Below are positions 27,482 through 37,470 of a stretch of 63,017 nucleotides of DNA, piece after piece. A program made the position numbers and the translations under genes. The notes beneath the pieces were generated by a model, which was not told the origin of the DNA, made no database searches, and saw nothing but the letters and a program-made list of their open reading frames with translations. Positions within the stretch are counted from its first letter, which is position 1. Each line of letters begins with the position of its first letter. Source of the DNA: a virus (lineage: Duplodnaviria > Caudoviricetes); IMG/VR virus record IMGVR_UViG_3300032293_001810, positions 1 to 63,017 of that record, one strand, 5' to 3'.

Positions 27482-30400
27482 ATGCCCGTTTTACAAGGAA
27501 ACAATTCAACCGTTAAACCAGGTACTGAAACTCAATCAGGTGTTGTTCGTCTTGCTACCGCTCAAGAAACACTTGACGGTACATCTACTACTATTGCATC
27601 CACCCCCGCTGGTGTATCCCTTGCGATTGGTGCCGTTGTAGCTGATGCACCAACTTCACTAGATACCTTAGAAGAACTTGCTCAAGCCTTGAACAATGAC
27701 CCAACCTTTGGCGTCACTACACTAGCTCGCTTGGATGCTCTTGAAGCTGGTGGATCAGTGGATATTCAAGCTCTTCAAGATGAACTTGATGATACTCAAG
27801 TAGGTGCTGGCTTAGGTGTGGACGGATCTTATTCAGCTGATGCTACTACCGTTTTTATCTATCAAGCGACTTCTCTCAAGAATGCTGATAAAAAACTAGA
27901 CACACAATTAAGTCTAGTGAGTAGTGCCGTACAAACTCAAGGTGGTATTTTGAGTAGTGTACAATCAGATTTGACAAGTCTTGACAATCAGGTATCTACT
28001 TTAGATGCAAGTGTTAGTACTCTAACAAGTGATGTTGCGGATGTAGTCTCGGATGTCTCGACACTCTCAGCTACCGTTTCAGCACATGGGGATACTATCA
28101 GCGAGCATACAATCGATATCGCTTCTTTAGAGTCTAGCCTTGCAACTATCTCAACAAATACCAGTGCAAATTCAAATGCAATTGCTCTCTTAGATCAAGC
28201 TTTATCGCAAGAAATACAAGATAGACAATCAGCGGTTTCCGTCGTTAGTGGTAATCTGATGGACGAAATCACAAATCGTGAACAAGCTGATCAAGCTTTA
28301 CAAACAAGTATTAATACTAAAGCATCCAGTTCCGATCTTACCGCTTTGACTAGTCGTGTAACAATTGCTGAGTCTGATATTGATACTTTACAAGCTGATG
28401 TACTTGGGCTTACCGCTGGCGTTGATCTACGGGCTTTAGAAACTGATCTACAAAATGAAATTAATGCACGAGTCAGTGCTGATCAATCTTTACAAGCTAG
28501 TGTTACCGATCTAAATTCTCATCATTTACATAGCAATTCATACTATGCAAATGACGGCCTCGTAGATATTCAAACTCAAGTAGATGCAATCGGCACAAGT
28601 CAAGGTAAAGTAATTTATGCTTCTTCTGGCTCATATGGTGGATCTACTTTAACCCTCAGTGATAAAGCAAATCTCGCTATTGTTGCTCCAAAAGTAGGTA
28701 ATACAATTTGTGAACTTGCGGGGGGGAGAGGACTCACAATTGACGGTACAAGTGAAAGAATAAGAGTAGCAAATCTACAAATTGAAGGTGCCGTCACTAT
28801 CTCAGGGACTAAAGGCCGTCATATTTTTAGCGATTGCGATATCTTGGGGGGCGTAAGTATCTCTAATGTAACTGATAGCACCTCAACCTTCATCGTGTTT
28901 CAAGATTGTGAATTTAGTAGCCAAAATATTACTATCTCTAATCTTACAAATTGCACCGTCTATTTCAATCGTTGTAATTTCACAAATGTAAGAGTATTGC
29001 CAACTTCCGTAGCATCACCTTTCTTGATCATCCTTTCAGAATGTGCTGGTCTCAACTCACTTCAAACTAATCTCACAAGTGGTGTTGCAATCGTTGGTCG
29101 TACTGGTTATTCAAGTGGTACCGTCAAGGTCTTCTCAACCTCATCAAATTTCATTAGTGCTTTAGGTGTTGAAACTTCCTTCACTGGTAGTTATTCCGAA
29201 CTTAGGGACAAGCCTAGTCTAGTAACCGCTAGCACACAACTAAGTGACTCATCAAGTTTGCTCAGAACAAGTGATAAAGGCGTTGCGGGCGGTGTAGCCG
29301 AACTTGATGCCAACGGCTTAATCCCAAATCATCACATTCCCCCCTTGGCTCTTTCAAAGCCTTATGTCGTGAATACAATTGCTGATCGTGATGCTCTCAC
29401 TGGTATCAATACGGGGGATGTTGCGATTGTCACAAGCGATAGTACTCCATCTAATAACGGCAATTACATTTATGATGATACAATCCCTTCTTGGATTGCT
29501 CTATATAATCCAACCGCCCCCGTCAATAGTGTAAATGGTCAAACGGGTACAATTACTTTATATACTGGGGATATTGCTGAGGGGCAAGGTGCACAAGGTG
29601 AAAGCAGCAAGCTTTATTTCACTGACTCTAGGGCTTTAAGTGCATCCGTTACAAGTAGTATTAATACGGACGATAAAGCACCAACAACACAAGTAGTTAA
29701 AACTTATGTGACTGGTATCACTGATCCACTAGATACAAGACTTGATAGTGTAGAGAGTAACATTACAACATTTGCTACTACGACCTATGTGGATAACGGT
29801 TTATCAGCTAAACTCAATGCATCTAGTTATACCGCAAGCGATGTATTCAATAAGGTCTTATCTTTGGATGGTAGTGGCTCAGGTCTAGAAGCTGATCTTT
29901 TGGACGGTTTCCATGCATCTAGCTTTGTTCAAACTACGGGTACTCAATCCATTGCGGGCGTAAAGACTTTCTCAGATGCACCTATCGTACCCGATCAAAG
30001 TGCTAGTGATAATTCAACTAAGTCAGCTAATACCAAATATGTAGATAGTGCAATCGCAAGTGTACAAGCAAATATTGGTGCAAGTGGTGCATTAGTATAT
30101 AAAGGTACATATGATGCTACCGCCAATTCACCTAGTCTTGCTTTGGCAAAAAAAGGCTTCTTTTATCAAGTTTCCGTAGGGGGTACTCTTGCGGGGATTA
30201 CTCTTACTACAAATGACCAAATTGTTTTTGTTGCTGATGTGAGTGGTGGCGTAGTTCAAGCTACTGATTTCATTGTGATTGACAATACTGAGAGCGGTTT
30301 ATCAAGTGGTGGCGTTGCTCTAGCAAATATTAGCAACGGTACAACAATGCAAGCGGGTATCTACTATATCTATGACGGCTCAACAAATATCGCTATTAAT

Positions 30401-31351
30401 GTTCCCGCTCGTAGTGTTACTCAAGGAACAGGTGCAATCACTTGGCTTCGTATTCGTGGAACAGGGCAGGTTACTTTGAATGCTACAGGCGTATCTGGTG
30501 GTGAATTTATCGTATACGCAGATAGTGGTACACTCAACGGCGTAAAATCCGTAGTCTTGACAAAAGCTGGGGAGTATAAACTTGTATGTACTAGACGAAC
30601 AGTTAGCGGTACAGTTTATGCCCAATGGGATGTTACCGTATCAAATGATAGAGCATTAAGAACAACCGACGATCTTGCTGAGGGTACTACAAATAAATAT
30701 GCTAGTGCTACAAATGTAAGAGCCTTGATCAGTGCTACTTCCCCAATCGTGTATACTCAAGCTACGGGGGTAATTAGTACAACCTTGACTCAGTACACTG
30801 ATGAACTTGCTCAAGATGCCAGTGCAAGCCTCTTAACTACTGGTACTCATACGGGGATTTCATACTCTTACAATGACGCAAGCAATAAGATTGACTCAAC
30901 CGTTTCTCTTTCTGGTTTCTCTATTAATGCTCTCTCCGATGTAGATACCGCTAGTGTAGCACCTACAAATGGACAATCATTAGTTTGGGAAAGTGCCAGT
31001 TCTCAATGGAAACCGGGTACCGTTTCAGGTGGTGGTGGTGGTGGTAGTTTACCTACTATTGTGAGTACTACAAGCAATGCATATGTCCCAACCGCTCCAT
31101 CATCAGGTACTTTAGAAGTGACTTACTTGCTTAGTCCTACCGCTAACGGATCCGTTACCTTGACCAACATTGTACCTAGTGTAAGCAATGCGGGGATGAA
31201 ACTGAACTTTAAGAAATTAACATCATTCCTCATTACCGTAAATCCTAGTGCTGGTGTATCTATTGACGGCCTCACCGCTGGTACTGATATCGTTCAGCAA
31301 TATGCTTGCTTGACAATTCAATCTACTGGTACAAATTGGATCATCATCTAA
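27482..31351 (+). CDS. Long modular tail fibre
   Basis: Fibre motifs TETQSGVVRLAT, APTSLDTLEELAQALNND, GVAELDANG, VNSVNGQTG, ADLLDG, TDDLAEGTTN, LSDVD; coiled coils and a beta-helix-like segment. Confidence 0.85.
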   Translation: MPVLQGNNSTVKPGTETQSGVVRLATAQETLDGTSTTIASTPAGVSLAIGAVVADAPTSLDTLEELAQALNNDPTFGVTTLARLDALEAGGSVDIQALQDELDDTQVGAGLGVDGSYSADATTVFIYQATSLKNADKKLDTQLSLVSSAVQTQGGILSSVQSDLTSLDNQVSTLDASVSTLTSDVADVVSDVSTLSATVSAHGDTISEHTIDIASLESSLATISTNTSANSNAIALLDQALSQEIQDRQSAVSVVSGNLMDEITNREQADQALQTSINTKASSSDLTALTSRVTIAESDIDTLQADVLGLTAGVDLRALETDLQNEINARVSADQSLQASVTDLNSHHLHSNSYYANDGLVDIQTQVDAIGTSQGKVIYASSGSYGGSTLTLSDKANLAIVAPKVGNTICELAGGRGLTIDGTSERIRVANLQIEGAVTISGTKGRHIFSDCDILGGVSISNVTDSTSTFIVFQDCEFSSQNITISNLTNCTVYFNRCNFTNVRVLPTSVASPFLIILSECAGLNSLQTNLTSGVAIVGRTGYSSGTVKVFSTSSNFISALGVETSFTGSYSELRDKPSLVTASTQLSDSSSLLRTSDKGVAGGVAELDANGLIPNHHIPPLALSKPYVVNTIADRDALTGINTGDVAIVTSDSTPSNNGNYIYDDTIPSWIALYNPTAPVNSVNGQTGTITLYTGDIAEGQGAQGESSKLYFTDSRALSASVTSSINTDDKAPTTQVVKTYVTGITDPLDTRLDSVESNITTFATTTYVDNGLSAKLNASSYTASDVFNKVLSLDGSGSGLEADLLDGFHASSFVQTTGTQSIAGVKTFSDAPIVPDQSASDNSTKSANTKYVDSAIASVQANIGASGALVYKGTYDATANSPSLALAKKGFFYQVSVGGTLAGITLTTNDQIVFVADVSGGVVQATDFIVIDNTESGLSSGGVALANISNGTTMQAGIYYIYDGSTNIAINVPARSVTQGTGAITWLRIRGTGQVTLNATGVSGGEFIVYADSGTLNGVKSVVLTKAGEYKLVCTRRTVSGTVYAQWDVTVSNDRALRTTDDLAEGTTNKYASATNVRALISATSPIVYTQATGVISTTLTQYTDELAQDASASLLTTGTHTGISYSYNDASNKIDSTVSLSGFSINALSDVDTASVAPTNGQSLVWESASSQWKPGTVSGGGGGGSLPTIVSTTSNAYVPTAPSSGTLEVTYLLSPTANGSVTLTNIVPSVSNAGMKLNFKKLTSFLITVNPSAGVSIDGLTAGTDIVQQYACLTIQSTGTNWIII

Positions 31352-31361
31352 GGAGTAGCGA

Positions 31362-31778
31362 ATGAGTTTTTTAATCAAGCCTTATGATGGGCATGTTGGC
31401 GTATGTATCCTAAACCGAACAACGGCTGGGGCTAGCAATACATGGACAATTCAAGGTGGTACTTTTACACCTACAATCAATGCCGATGATACCGTTAGCC
31501 TTCAAGGTGGCTTTCGCTATTTCATCACATGGAATTGGGCTTTCTCTAATACTACCACCGCTTTTCTTCAACGAACATTGTCAGCTACTCGTACTACGGA
31601 TTTGTCCACAATAGGTTCTATGCTTTTATCTTCTAGACCCGGCTCATCCTCAAATGTTGTACAAGCAACTGAGGCAACTATTGTTTTTGACTCACCTTGT
31701 GATAGCTATGTAAACACACTGAATCCGAGTTATGAATGCCCTTCCTCTTCTCTCTTGATCTGGAGATTTCCACTATGA
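31362..31778 (+). CDS. Putative fibre-associated protein
   Basis: AAGGAG SD; S/T-rich, beta-type composition. Confidence 0.55.
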   Translation: MSFLIKPYDGHVGVCILNRTTAGASNTWTIQGGTFTPTINADDTVSLQGGFRYFITWNWAFSNTTTAFLQRTLSATRTTDLSTIGSMLLSSRPGSSSNVVQATEATIVFDSPCDSYVNTLNPSYECPSSSLLIWRFPL

Positions 31779-32152
31779 GCTATGACGGCCAAACATCACG
31801 CAATCATAAATTTGTACAACATTACTACGGTAATGCCTACACTCAGATTTTCCCAAATATGATGACTTTTCACAATTTACGGAGACATACAAATACTTTT
31901 GGTGTTACTATTCTTCGTTTACAAGCCGATGCGGGATACACAGCCACGAGTTTTAGTTACAACTTTGAAAACACTTTAGGCTCAAGCAATCACTTAACAC
32001 ATAGATCTATGTGGTATACAAATGGTACACCGGGTGAAAAATATTATCCTCATTTCTCACAAGGTCTTGCATCTAGTCGGTATTTCTCATGGGATAATTT
32101 CGCAAATACAACGGGCAATAGTCAAAATATTAGAACTGATTGGGAGATTTAA
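31775..32152 (+). CDS. Putative fibre-associated protein (start revised)
   Basis: GGAG SD; ATGA overlap at 31775. Confidence 0.5.
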   Translation: MSYDGQTSRNHKFVQHYYGNAYTQIFPNMMTFHNLRRHTNTFGVTILRLQADAGYTATSFSYNFENTLGSSNHLTHRSMWYTNGTPGEKYYPHFSQGLASSRYFSWDNFANTTGNSQNIRTDWEI

Positions 32153-32156
32153 GATT

Positions 32157-33068
32157 ATGTCATATATTCCTAATCGATCAACAAGCCAGTCAGTTTTTGC
32201 ACTTGAAACAAGCTTTCAATCAGTACCTGGTACTCAAGATGCTACATACAATCCTCGTATTTTGGATGGTGTAGAACTTCATCAATTTTTCACTACTCAA
32301 TCACACTATGTAGGTAGGTATGTTGATGGTATCACAACAAGTACAAGTGGGATTACCTTCCCTCAAGGTTGGTATTTTGTACTTGATCCGTATATGTACT
32401 ACTCTTCAGGGACGACATATGTTGCAACGCCCTATTTAACTTGGAATATTAACGGCGTGGATGTGTTACCCCGCTTTCAAAGTCATTACCTTAGCGACCA
32501 AACAACTGGATCAAATGCTTCATATCGTGGGCTTAGATTTTTGGATTGCTCAGCAAGTAGCCAAACCGTCAAGATCATTGCAAGAGGTGCGGGATGGGCA
32601 AGCATGGGTGATGTCTATTTTGATAATCAGCAATCCTCAGCAACTCCTACCGCTAATCATAGATCAAATATCATGATTTATGCAATCAACGCAACAACTT
32701 ATCAAAACCCAACGGTCCGAACTTTAGACGCGTCAGAAGCTCAAGGTGCATGGGCATCAGGTAATACAATCCCGCAAGAAGGACTGAACAAGTTTTGGGT
32801 AAATACAATTGCTAAGACGGGGACAATTACAGCACCTACTCCCACACAAGCGGGGGATTGGTTTGGCTTTATGCAACTACAAAATGACACGACATCACTA
32901 ATTACAATTGTGGGCAATGGGCAAACGCTTGTGAGTAATTCGGTAGGATCATCCAGCAGAACAAGTACAACTGATTTGGGTGGTAGAAATACATGGAAAT
33001 GGGTATGGACTGGGATTAGGTGGGTTGAAGTTCCTATCTCTCAAGATGAATTTATAAAGTTTGGATAG
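32157..33068 (+). CDS. Putative receptor-binding/fibre-tip protein (start revised)
   Basis: GGGAG SD; MSYIPN start; aromatic and S/T-rich. Confidence 0.55.
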   Translation: MSYIPNRSTSQSVFALETSFQSVPGTQDATYNPRILDGVELHQFFTTQSHYVGRYVDGITTSTSGITFPQGWYFVLDPYMYYSSGTTYVATPYLTWNINGVDVLPRFQSHYLSDQTTGSNASYRGLRFLDCSASSQTVKIIARGAGWASMGDVYFDNQQSSATPTANHRSNIMIYAINATTYQNPTVRTLDASEAQGAWASGNTIPQEGLNKFWVNTIAKTGTITAPTPTQAGDWFGFMQLQNDTTSLITIVGNGQTLVSNSVGSSSRTSTTDLGGRNTWKWVWTGIRWVEVPISQDEFIKFG

Positions 33069-33072
33069 TATG

Positions 33073-33119
33073 AAAAAAGGTTAAAAAAGGTTAAAAAAGG
33101 TTAAAAAAGGTTAAAAAAG
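33073..33119. repeat. 10-bp tandem repeat (AAAAAAGGTT)x4.7, phased A-tracts
   Basis: Directly visible in the sequence. Confidence 0.95.
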
Positions 33120-33138
33120 TATCTCTCAAATGACAAAA

Positions 33139-33850
33139 GAATTAGGTTTTTAGAGGGTAGAATTTAAGATTTTAAGCACAGAATTAAGCAAAAATAGATC
33201 AAAATTGAACTAAAAGCATGTTGAAATAGAGCAAATTTAAGCTAAAAATCCTACTTTTTGCCAAAAAACATTAAAAAGCACCTAAATTCTCACCTAAAAA
33301 AATGTAATTCCCCCCTCTAAAAAGGTAATTCTCACTTGAAAAAGGCTAATTCTATCTAAAAAAGCATAGATTTCCATGTAATTCCCCCCTCTAAAAAGGT
33401 AATTCTTTTGTGATTTTTGCACCCCTTTTTTAGTGATTTTTACCCCCCCCTCCCCTCACTACTTTAGCATATGTATGTATGTATCATCTAAACTACTGAA
33501 ATATATAAACAAAACAACAAAAATAAATAAAGTAAATAATAGTAATTAAGAGAGGGGGGGGAGGGGGGTATTTTTTAAGGGGGTAGTGTATATTTTTTTT
33601 AGTGATACACCCACATGATACACAAGCATGATATTTTTTAGCTAGTATAGAGATACCCCCCCTCCCCCCTAGCTACTATTTCCCACCTATTTAAAAAATG
33701 CTTTATTTCTCAATACTTAAACAACATTGATTTTTTCTAAAAAGTAGGAGGGGGGGAGGGGGGTACTAAAAACGATAAAAAAGTATCTCAAAAATCATAA
33801 AAGAATTAGGTTTTTTATAGGTAGAATTTAGGCTTTTTTACCTATGAATT
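33139..33850. other. Dyad-symmetric iteron/G-tract element; putative replication origin
   Basis: 21-bp-spaced GAATT arrays (+: 33139, 33160, 33181; 33803, 33824; -: 33285-33405), four alternating C/G tracts, and AT-rich spacers. Confidence 0.6.
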
Positions 33851-33992
33851 GATACAAATAGGTAAAAATCACTACAATTCTACTCAAATTCAAAGAGAAT
33901 TTGAACATAATTAGAACAAATTAAATCTTCCTCTGAAGCCTTTTTAAGCTATTCATATATAGCCCATCGATTTAATAGAGAGGTGATAGAAT

Positions 33993-34526
33993 ATGACTCG
34001 CAAAAGAGGATTTATGAGGACAACCCCAACGGCAAGGAGTAATGCTGGACTACGTGCCCAAAAGCAAGGTAAGACGGCTGAGGAACAAATCTTAGAGATA
34101 GGTGCTTTCTATCTGGAGCATAAGATTGCTGAGATAAATAAAAGACATGAGCCTTATAAAAGAGTAGGTAGTGGAAAGAATTGCTTCCATGCTATTTACT
34201 CTGACAAGGCGGGATGTGACTTTGAGATTTGGCTACCAGGTGGACGAGGTGGCTATTTAGAATGTAAATCAAGGGAAGGCATGAGAATACAAAAATCAGC
34301 GATTGATCCATACCAACAAGAGCAACTTGACCGTAGACTTGCATGGGGGCAAATAGCCGTTGTGCTTGTAAGACTTGACGGTGTTTGGTTTGCATGCTCG
34401 TGGCAAAAGTTTAGAGATTTTGAAAAGAAGAGTTTTACGGTTGCTGATCTTCTTCAAGTAGGTAAGCCCGTCCCCATGCTTGCCAACTTGCTACCAGATT
34501 TCATTAAGGTGCTAGATCAAATTTGA
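33993..34526 (+). CDS. recU: RecU-like Holliday junction resolvase
   Basis: G...E..I, CDFE, LECKS, Q...L; PD-(D/E)XK fold. Confidence 0.75.
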   Translation: MTRKRGFMRTTPTARSNAGLRAQKQGKTAEEQILEIGAFYLEHKIAEINKRHEPYKRVGSGKNCFHAIYSDKAGCDFEIWLPGGRGGYLECKSREGMRIQKSAIDPYQQEQLDRRLAWGQIAVVLVRLDGVWFACSWQKFRDFEKKSFTVADLLQVGKPVPMLANLLPDFIKVLDQI

Positions 34527-34578
34527 TCTGATATAAATTCTTTGATATATAAAGCTATCTTTCATCAAAGGACAATCC

Positions 34579-35682
34579 ATGAAAATCACTATTGATCTGA
34601 CTAAGAATGTTGCGATTGTTAAATCAATCATCGCTCTTGCATCACAACTAACATCTCCAGAATACTTATCTTATATCTATGTAGGTGTATCAGATACTAT
34701 CCTCACACTAAAATCCACAAATCTTGAAGCTACCAAAATCGCTCAATTTGATCTTGATCAAGCGGTGAGTGAAAAAATTGAAATCTTGATGCACCACCAA
34801 TCACTGGCTCAAGCAATCTCTATCTTTAGTGGTAAAATCACAATTGATTTTGACAAGCAAGTCATTTCTCAAGGCTCAGTTAAGATTTACTACAAGGCTC
34901 ATGATCCTAAAGAATACCCCGAGATTTTTAGTGATTTTGAGATTGATGAGTCTACACCCGTATGGAATGAAGCTGAATTGATTGATCTAAAGAAAGCGAT
35001 TGACCTAACCGAGCCTTGTGCCGATAAGACTGGTCAGAGAGCAAGGCTCGGTGCACTTCATCTTTCAACAATCGGTGATAACTTGTTAATTGAGGCTACA
35101 AATGGGTATACTCTCGCTCGCGTCACACTTGAAAAAAAGAGTTACATTGATTTCAATACCCTCATCCCAATCTCTTCGCTAAAGCATGTAAAGAGTTTCC
35201 TTGATACTACAATCTACCCCACAATTACACTTGCTAAAGGTCATATCATTTTCAAGGATGTGTCTCAATTTGTAGCCGTAAGACTCATTCAAGAGGACTT
35301 CCCAGATACTCGCTCAATCATCCCCAAAGAGTATGAAAATTCACCTATTGTGTACGAATTGAATGCAACCTTGAAACAATGCTTGAAACAAGTCGCAAAA
35401 GTTCAAACGGATAAAGAGGTGAGTCATATCATGCTATCCGTGGACAAGCAAAACAACTTTCTCATCGTTGGTAGTGATACTAGTGGACATGATTTATACG
35501 AATATGCTGATGATGATTTTGTAGAAGAAGGTTGTGCTTCTTCCAAATTCTCAACCGCCTATTTTGGTCACGCTATTGCACATACTACTAAAGCCTATCA
35601 ATCTGGCGTACTCACTCCTCTTGTATGTGAGGATGATAATAAGAAAATCTTAATCCTTGTCATGGCTCGTAGGAGCAATTAA
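34579..35682 (+). CDS. dnaN: DNA polymerase III beta sliding clamp-like protein
   Basis: 367 aa; STNLE, ATNGYTLA, RLI.EDFPD, C-terminal LVMAR. Confidence 0.85.
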   Translation: MKITIDLTKNVAIVKSIIALASQLTSPEYLSYIYVGVSDTILTLKSTNLEATKIAQFDLDQAVSEKIEILMHHQSLAQAISIFSGKITIDFDKQVISQGSVKIYYKAHDPKEYPEIFSDFEIDESTPVWNEAELIDLKKAIDLTEPCADKTGQRARLGALHLSTIGDNLLIEATNGYTLARVTLEKKSYIDFNTLIPISSLKHVKSFLDTTIYPTITLAKGHIIFKDVSQFVAVRLIQEDFPDTRSIIPKEYENSPIVYELNATLKQCLKQVAKVQTDKEVSHIMLSVDKQNNFLIVGSDTSGHDLYEYADDDFVEEGCASSKFSTAYFGHAIAHTTKAYQSGVLTPLVCEDDNKKILILVMARRSN

Positions 35683-35749
35683 AAAATAATCATACCCCTT
35701 GTGATTTAGCTACTATGAAAATCCACTCACACAAGGGGAAATTTAAAAA

Positions 35750-37468
35750 ATGCAATTCTCAGATCATGCTCTATCACTTTTGAAGAGCTACTATCTACTA
35801 TCTTATGAAACTGAAATTGATCAAGCATTTGAGCGAGCAAGCAAGGCTTATTGTGCTGATGATTATGCTCTAGCTGATCGTATCTATCACTATGTGCGAC
35901 AAGGTTGGTTTATGTTCTCATCCCCAATCCTATCTAATGCAAGGATCAAGGATGAGGAAAAGGCTAAAGCTGGCTTACCTATCTCTTGCTACCTCACCTA
36001 TGTAAGCGATGATCTTGACGGCTTAATTGCACATACAAGTGAAAACCGTTGGCTAGGTGTGCTAGGTGGTGGGGTAGGTGGCTATTGGGGACATGTGCGG
36101 GCGGTATCCCAAAAAGCCCCCGGTCCTATCCCATTCATTAAGACGATTGACTCGGATGTGGAGGCTTATAGACAAGGTAAAACTCGACGGGCAAGTTATG
36201 CTGCTTACCTTGACATTGATCATCCTGATATTATTGAATTTCTAAATCTAAGATTACCTACTGGCGGTGATACCAATCGCAAGGCTTTCAATCTTCATAA
36301 TGCTATTTGTTTAAGTGATGCATTCATGCAAGCGGTGATAGATAATAAACCTTGGGACTTGATAGATCCTCATACAAGCGAAATAAGAGAGACGGTACAA
36401 GCAAGAGAACTTTGGGAAAGAATTTTAGAAGTACGATTTAGAACTGGAGAGCCTTATCTCATGTTCAAGGATACCGCTAATAGAGCCTTACCCCAAAACC
36501 TAAAAGATCAAGGATTACAAATACATAGCTCAAACCTATGCTCAGAAATTTTCTTAGTGACGGCTAAAGATAGATCCGCTGTTTGTTGTCTATCTAGCCT
36601 CAACCTTGAATATTTTGATGAGTGGAAAGATACAAGCATTGTTGAGGATTGCATAACCTTTTTGGACAATGTCCTTCAGTATTTCATTGATCATGCACCT
36701 CACCAACTGAAGAATGCGATACATGGAGCAAGGCAAGAGAGAAGTCTTGGACTTGGTGCTATGGGCTTCCATTCGTACCTACAACGCAAGAAAGTATCCT
36801 TTGAGTCAGTAGTAGCGAAGAGTTTGAACAATAAGATTTTCAAATTGATTAAAGAGAAAGCCGTTGCTCAAAGTGAAAAGCTTGCAATTGAACGAGGTGA
36901 ATATCCTGATGGTTTAGGTACGGGTAGACGCAATGCACATTTACTTGCGATTGCTCCAAATTCAAACTCTAGTATCATCCTAGATACATCACCTAGTATT
37001 GAGCCATGGGTAGCTAATGCATTCACTCACCGCACAAGAGCGGGGACATTCCTTACTAAGAACAAATACCTTGATCAATTACTACTATCTAAAAAACTAA
37101 GTGAAACTCAATATGAAGAGGTTTGGCAATCCATCATCATTCATGAAGGATCCGTTCAGCATTTAGATTTACTCACCGATCAAGAAAAACAAATTTTTAA
37201 GACGGCTTTTGAGATTGATCAACAATGGATTATCTCACATGCTGGGGATAGGCAAGTACATATATGTCAAGGTCAATCCACTAATCTTTTCTTCCCCTCT
37301 GGTAGCTCAAAATCCTATGTCAATGCTTGCCATCTTCAAGCGTGGAAACAAGGTTTAAAGTCAGTGTACTACCTTCGTACTACGGCGGGGACTCAAGCTG
37401 AAAAGATCAGTAAGCCAGTGGTTAAGCAAGTGACAAAACTCGATGAATGTATTGCATGTGAGGGATAA
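35750..37468 (+). CDS. nrdA: Ribonucleotide reductase class Ia alpha subunit
   Basis: SSPILSN, ISCY, SNLCSEI, CCLSS, AIAP, KSVYY, C-terminal CIACEG; no ATP cone. Confidence 0.95.
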   Translation: MQFSDHALSLLKSYYLLSYETEIDQAFERASKAYCADDYALADRIYHYVRQGWFMFSSPILSNARIKDEEKAKAGLPISCYLTYVSDDLDGLIAHTSENRWLGVLGGGVGGYWGHVRAVSQKAPGPIPFIKTIDSDVEAYRQGKTRRASYAAYLDIDHPDIIEFLNLRLPTGGDTNRKAFNLHNAICLSDAFMQAVIDNKPWDLIDPHTSEIRETVQARELWERILEVRFRTGEPYLMFKDTANRALPQNLKDQGLQIHSSNLCSEIFLVTAKDRSAVCCLSSLNLEYFDEWKDTSIVEDCITFLDNVLQYFIDHAPHQLKNAIHGARQERSLGLGAMGFHSYLQRKKVSFESVVAKSLNNKIFKLIKEKAVAQSEKLAIERGEYPDGLGTGRRNAHLLAIAPNSNSSIILDTSPSIEPWVANAFTHRTRAGTFLTKNKYLDQLLLSKKLSETQYEEVWQSIIIHEGSVQHLDLLTDQEKQIFKTAFEIDQQWIISHAGDRQVHICQGQSTNLFFPSGSSKSYVNACHLQAWKQGLKSVYYLRTTAGTQAEKISKPVVKQVTKLDECIACEG

Positions 37469-37470
37469 AA

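Noticed and set aside
27482-33068. Diversity-generating retroelement or shufflon acting on the fibre genes
   Set aside because: No reverse transcriptase, no TR/VR pair and no inverted fibre cassettes were seen; the recombinase is 20 kb away.
33139-33407. Repeats as a CRISPR or mini-CRISPR array, given the Cas4-like gene
   Set aside because: The period is 21 bp with degenerate units in both orientations and no unique 30-40 bp spacers. No other cas genes are present, and stand-alone Cas4-like nucleases are common in phages.
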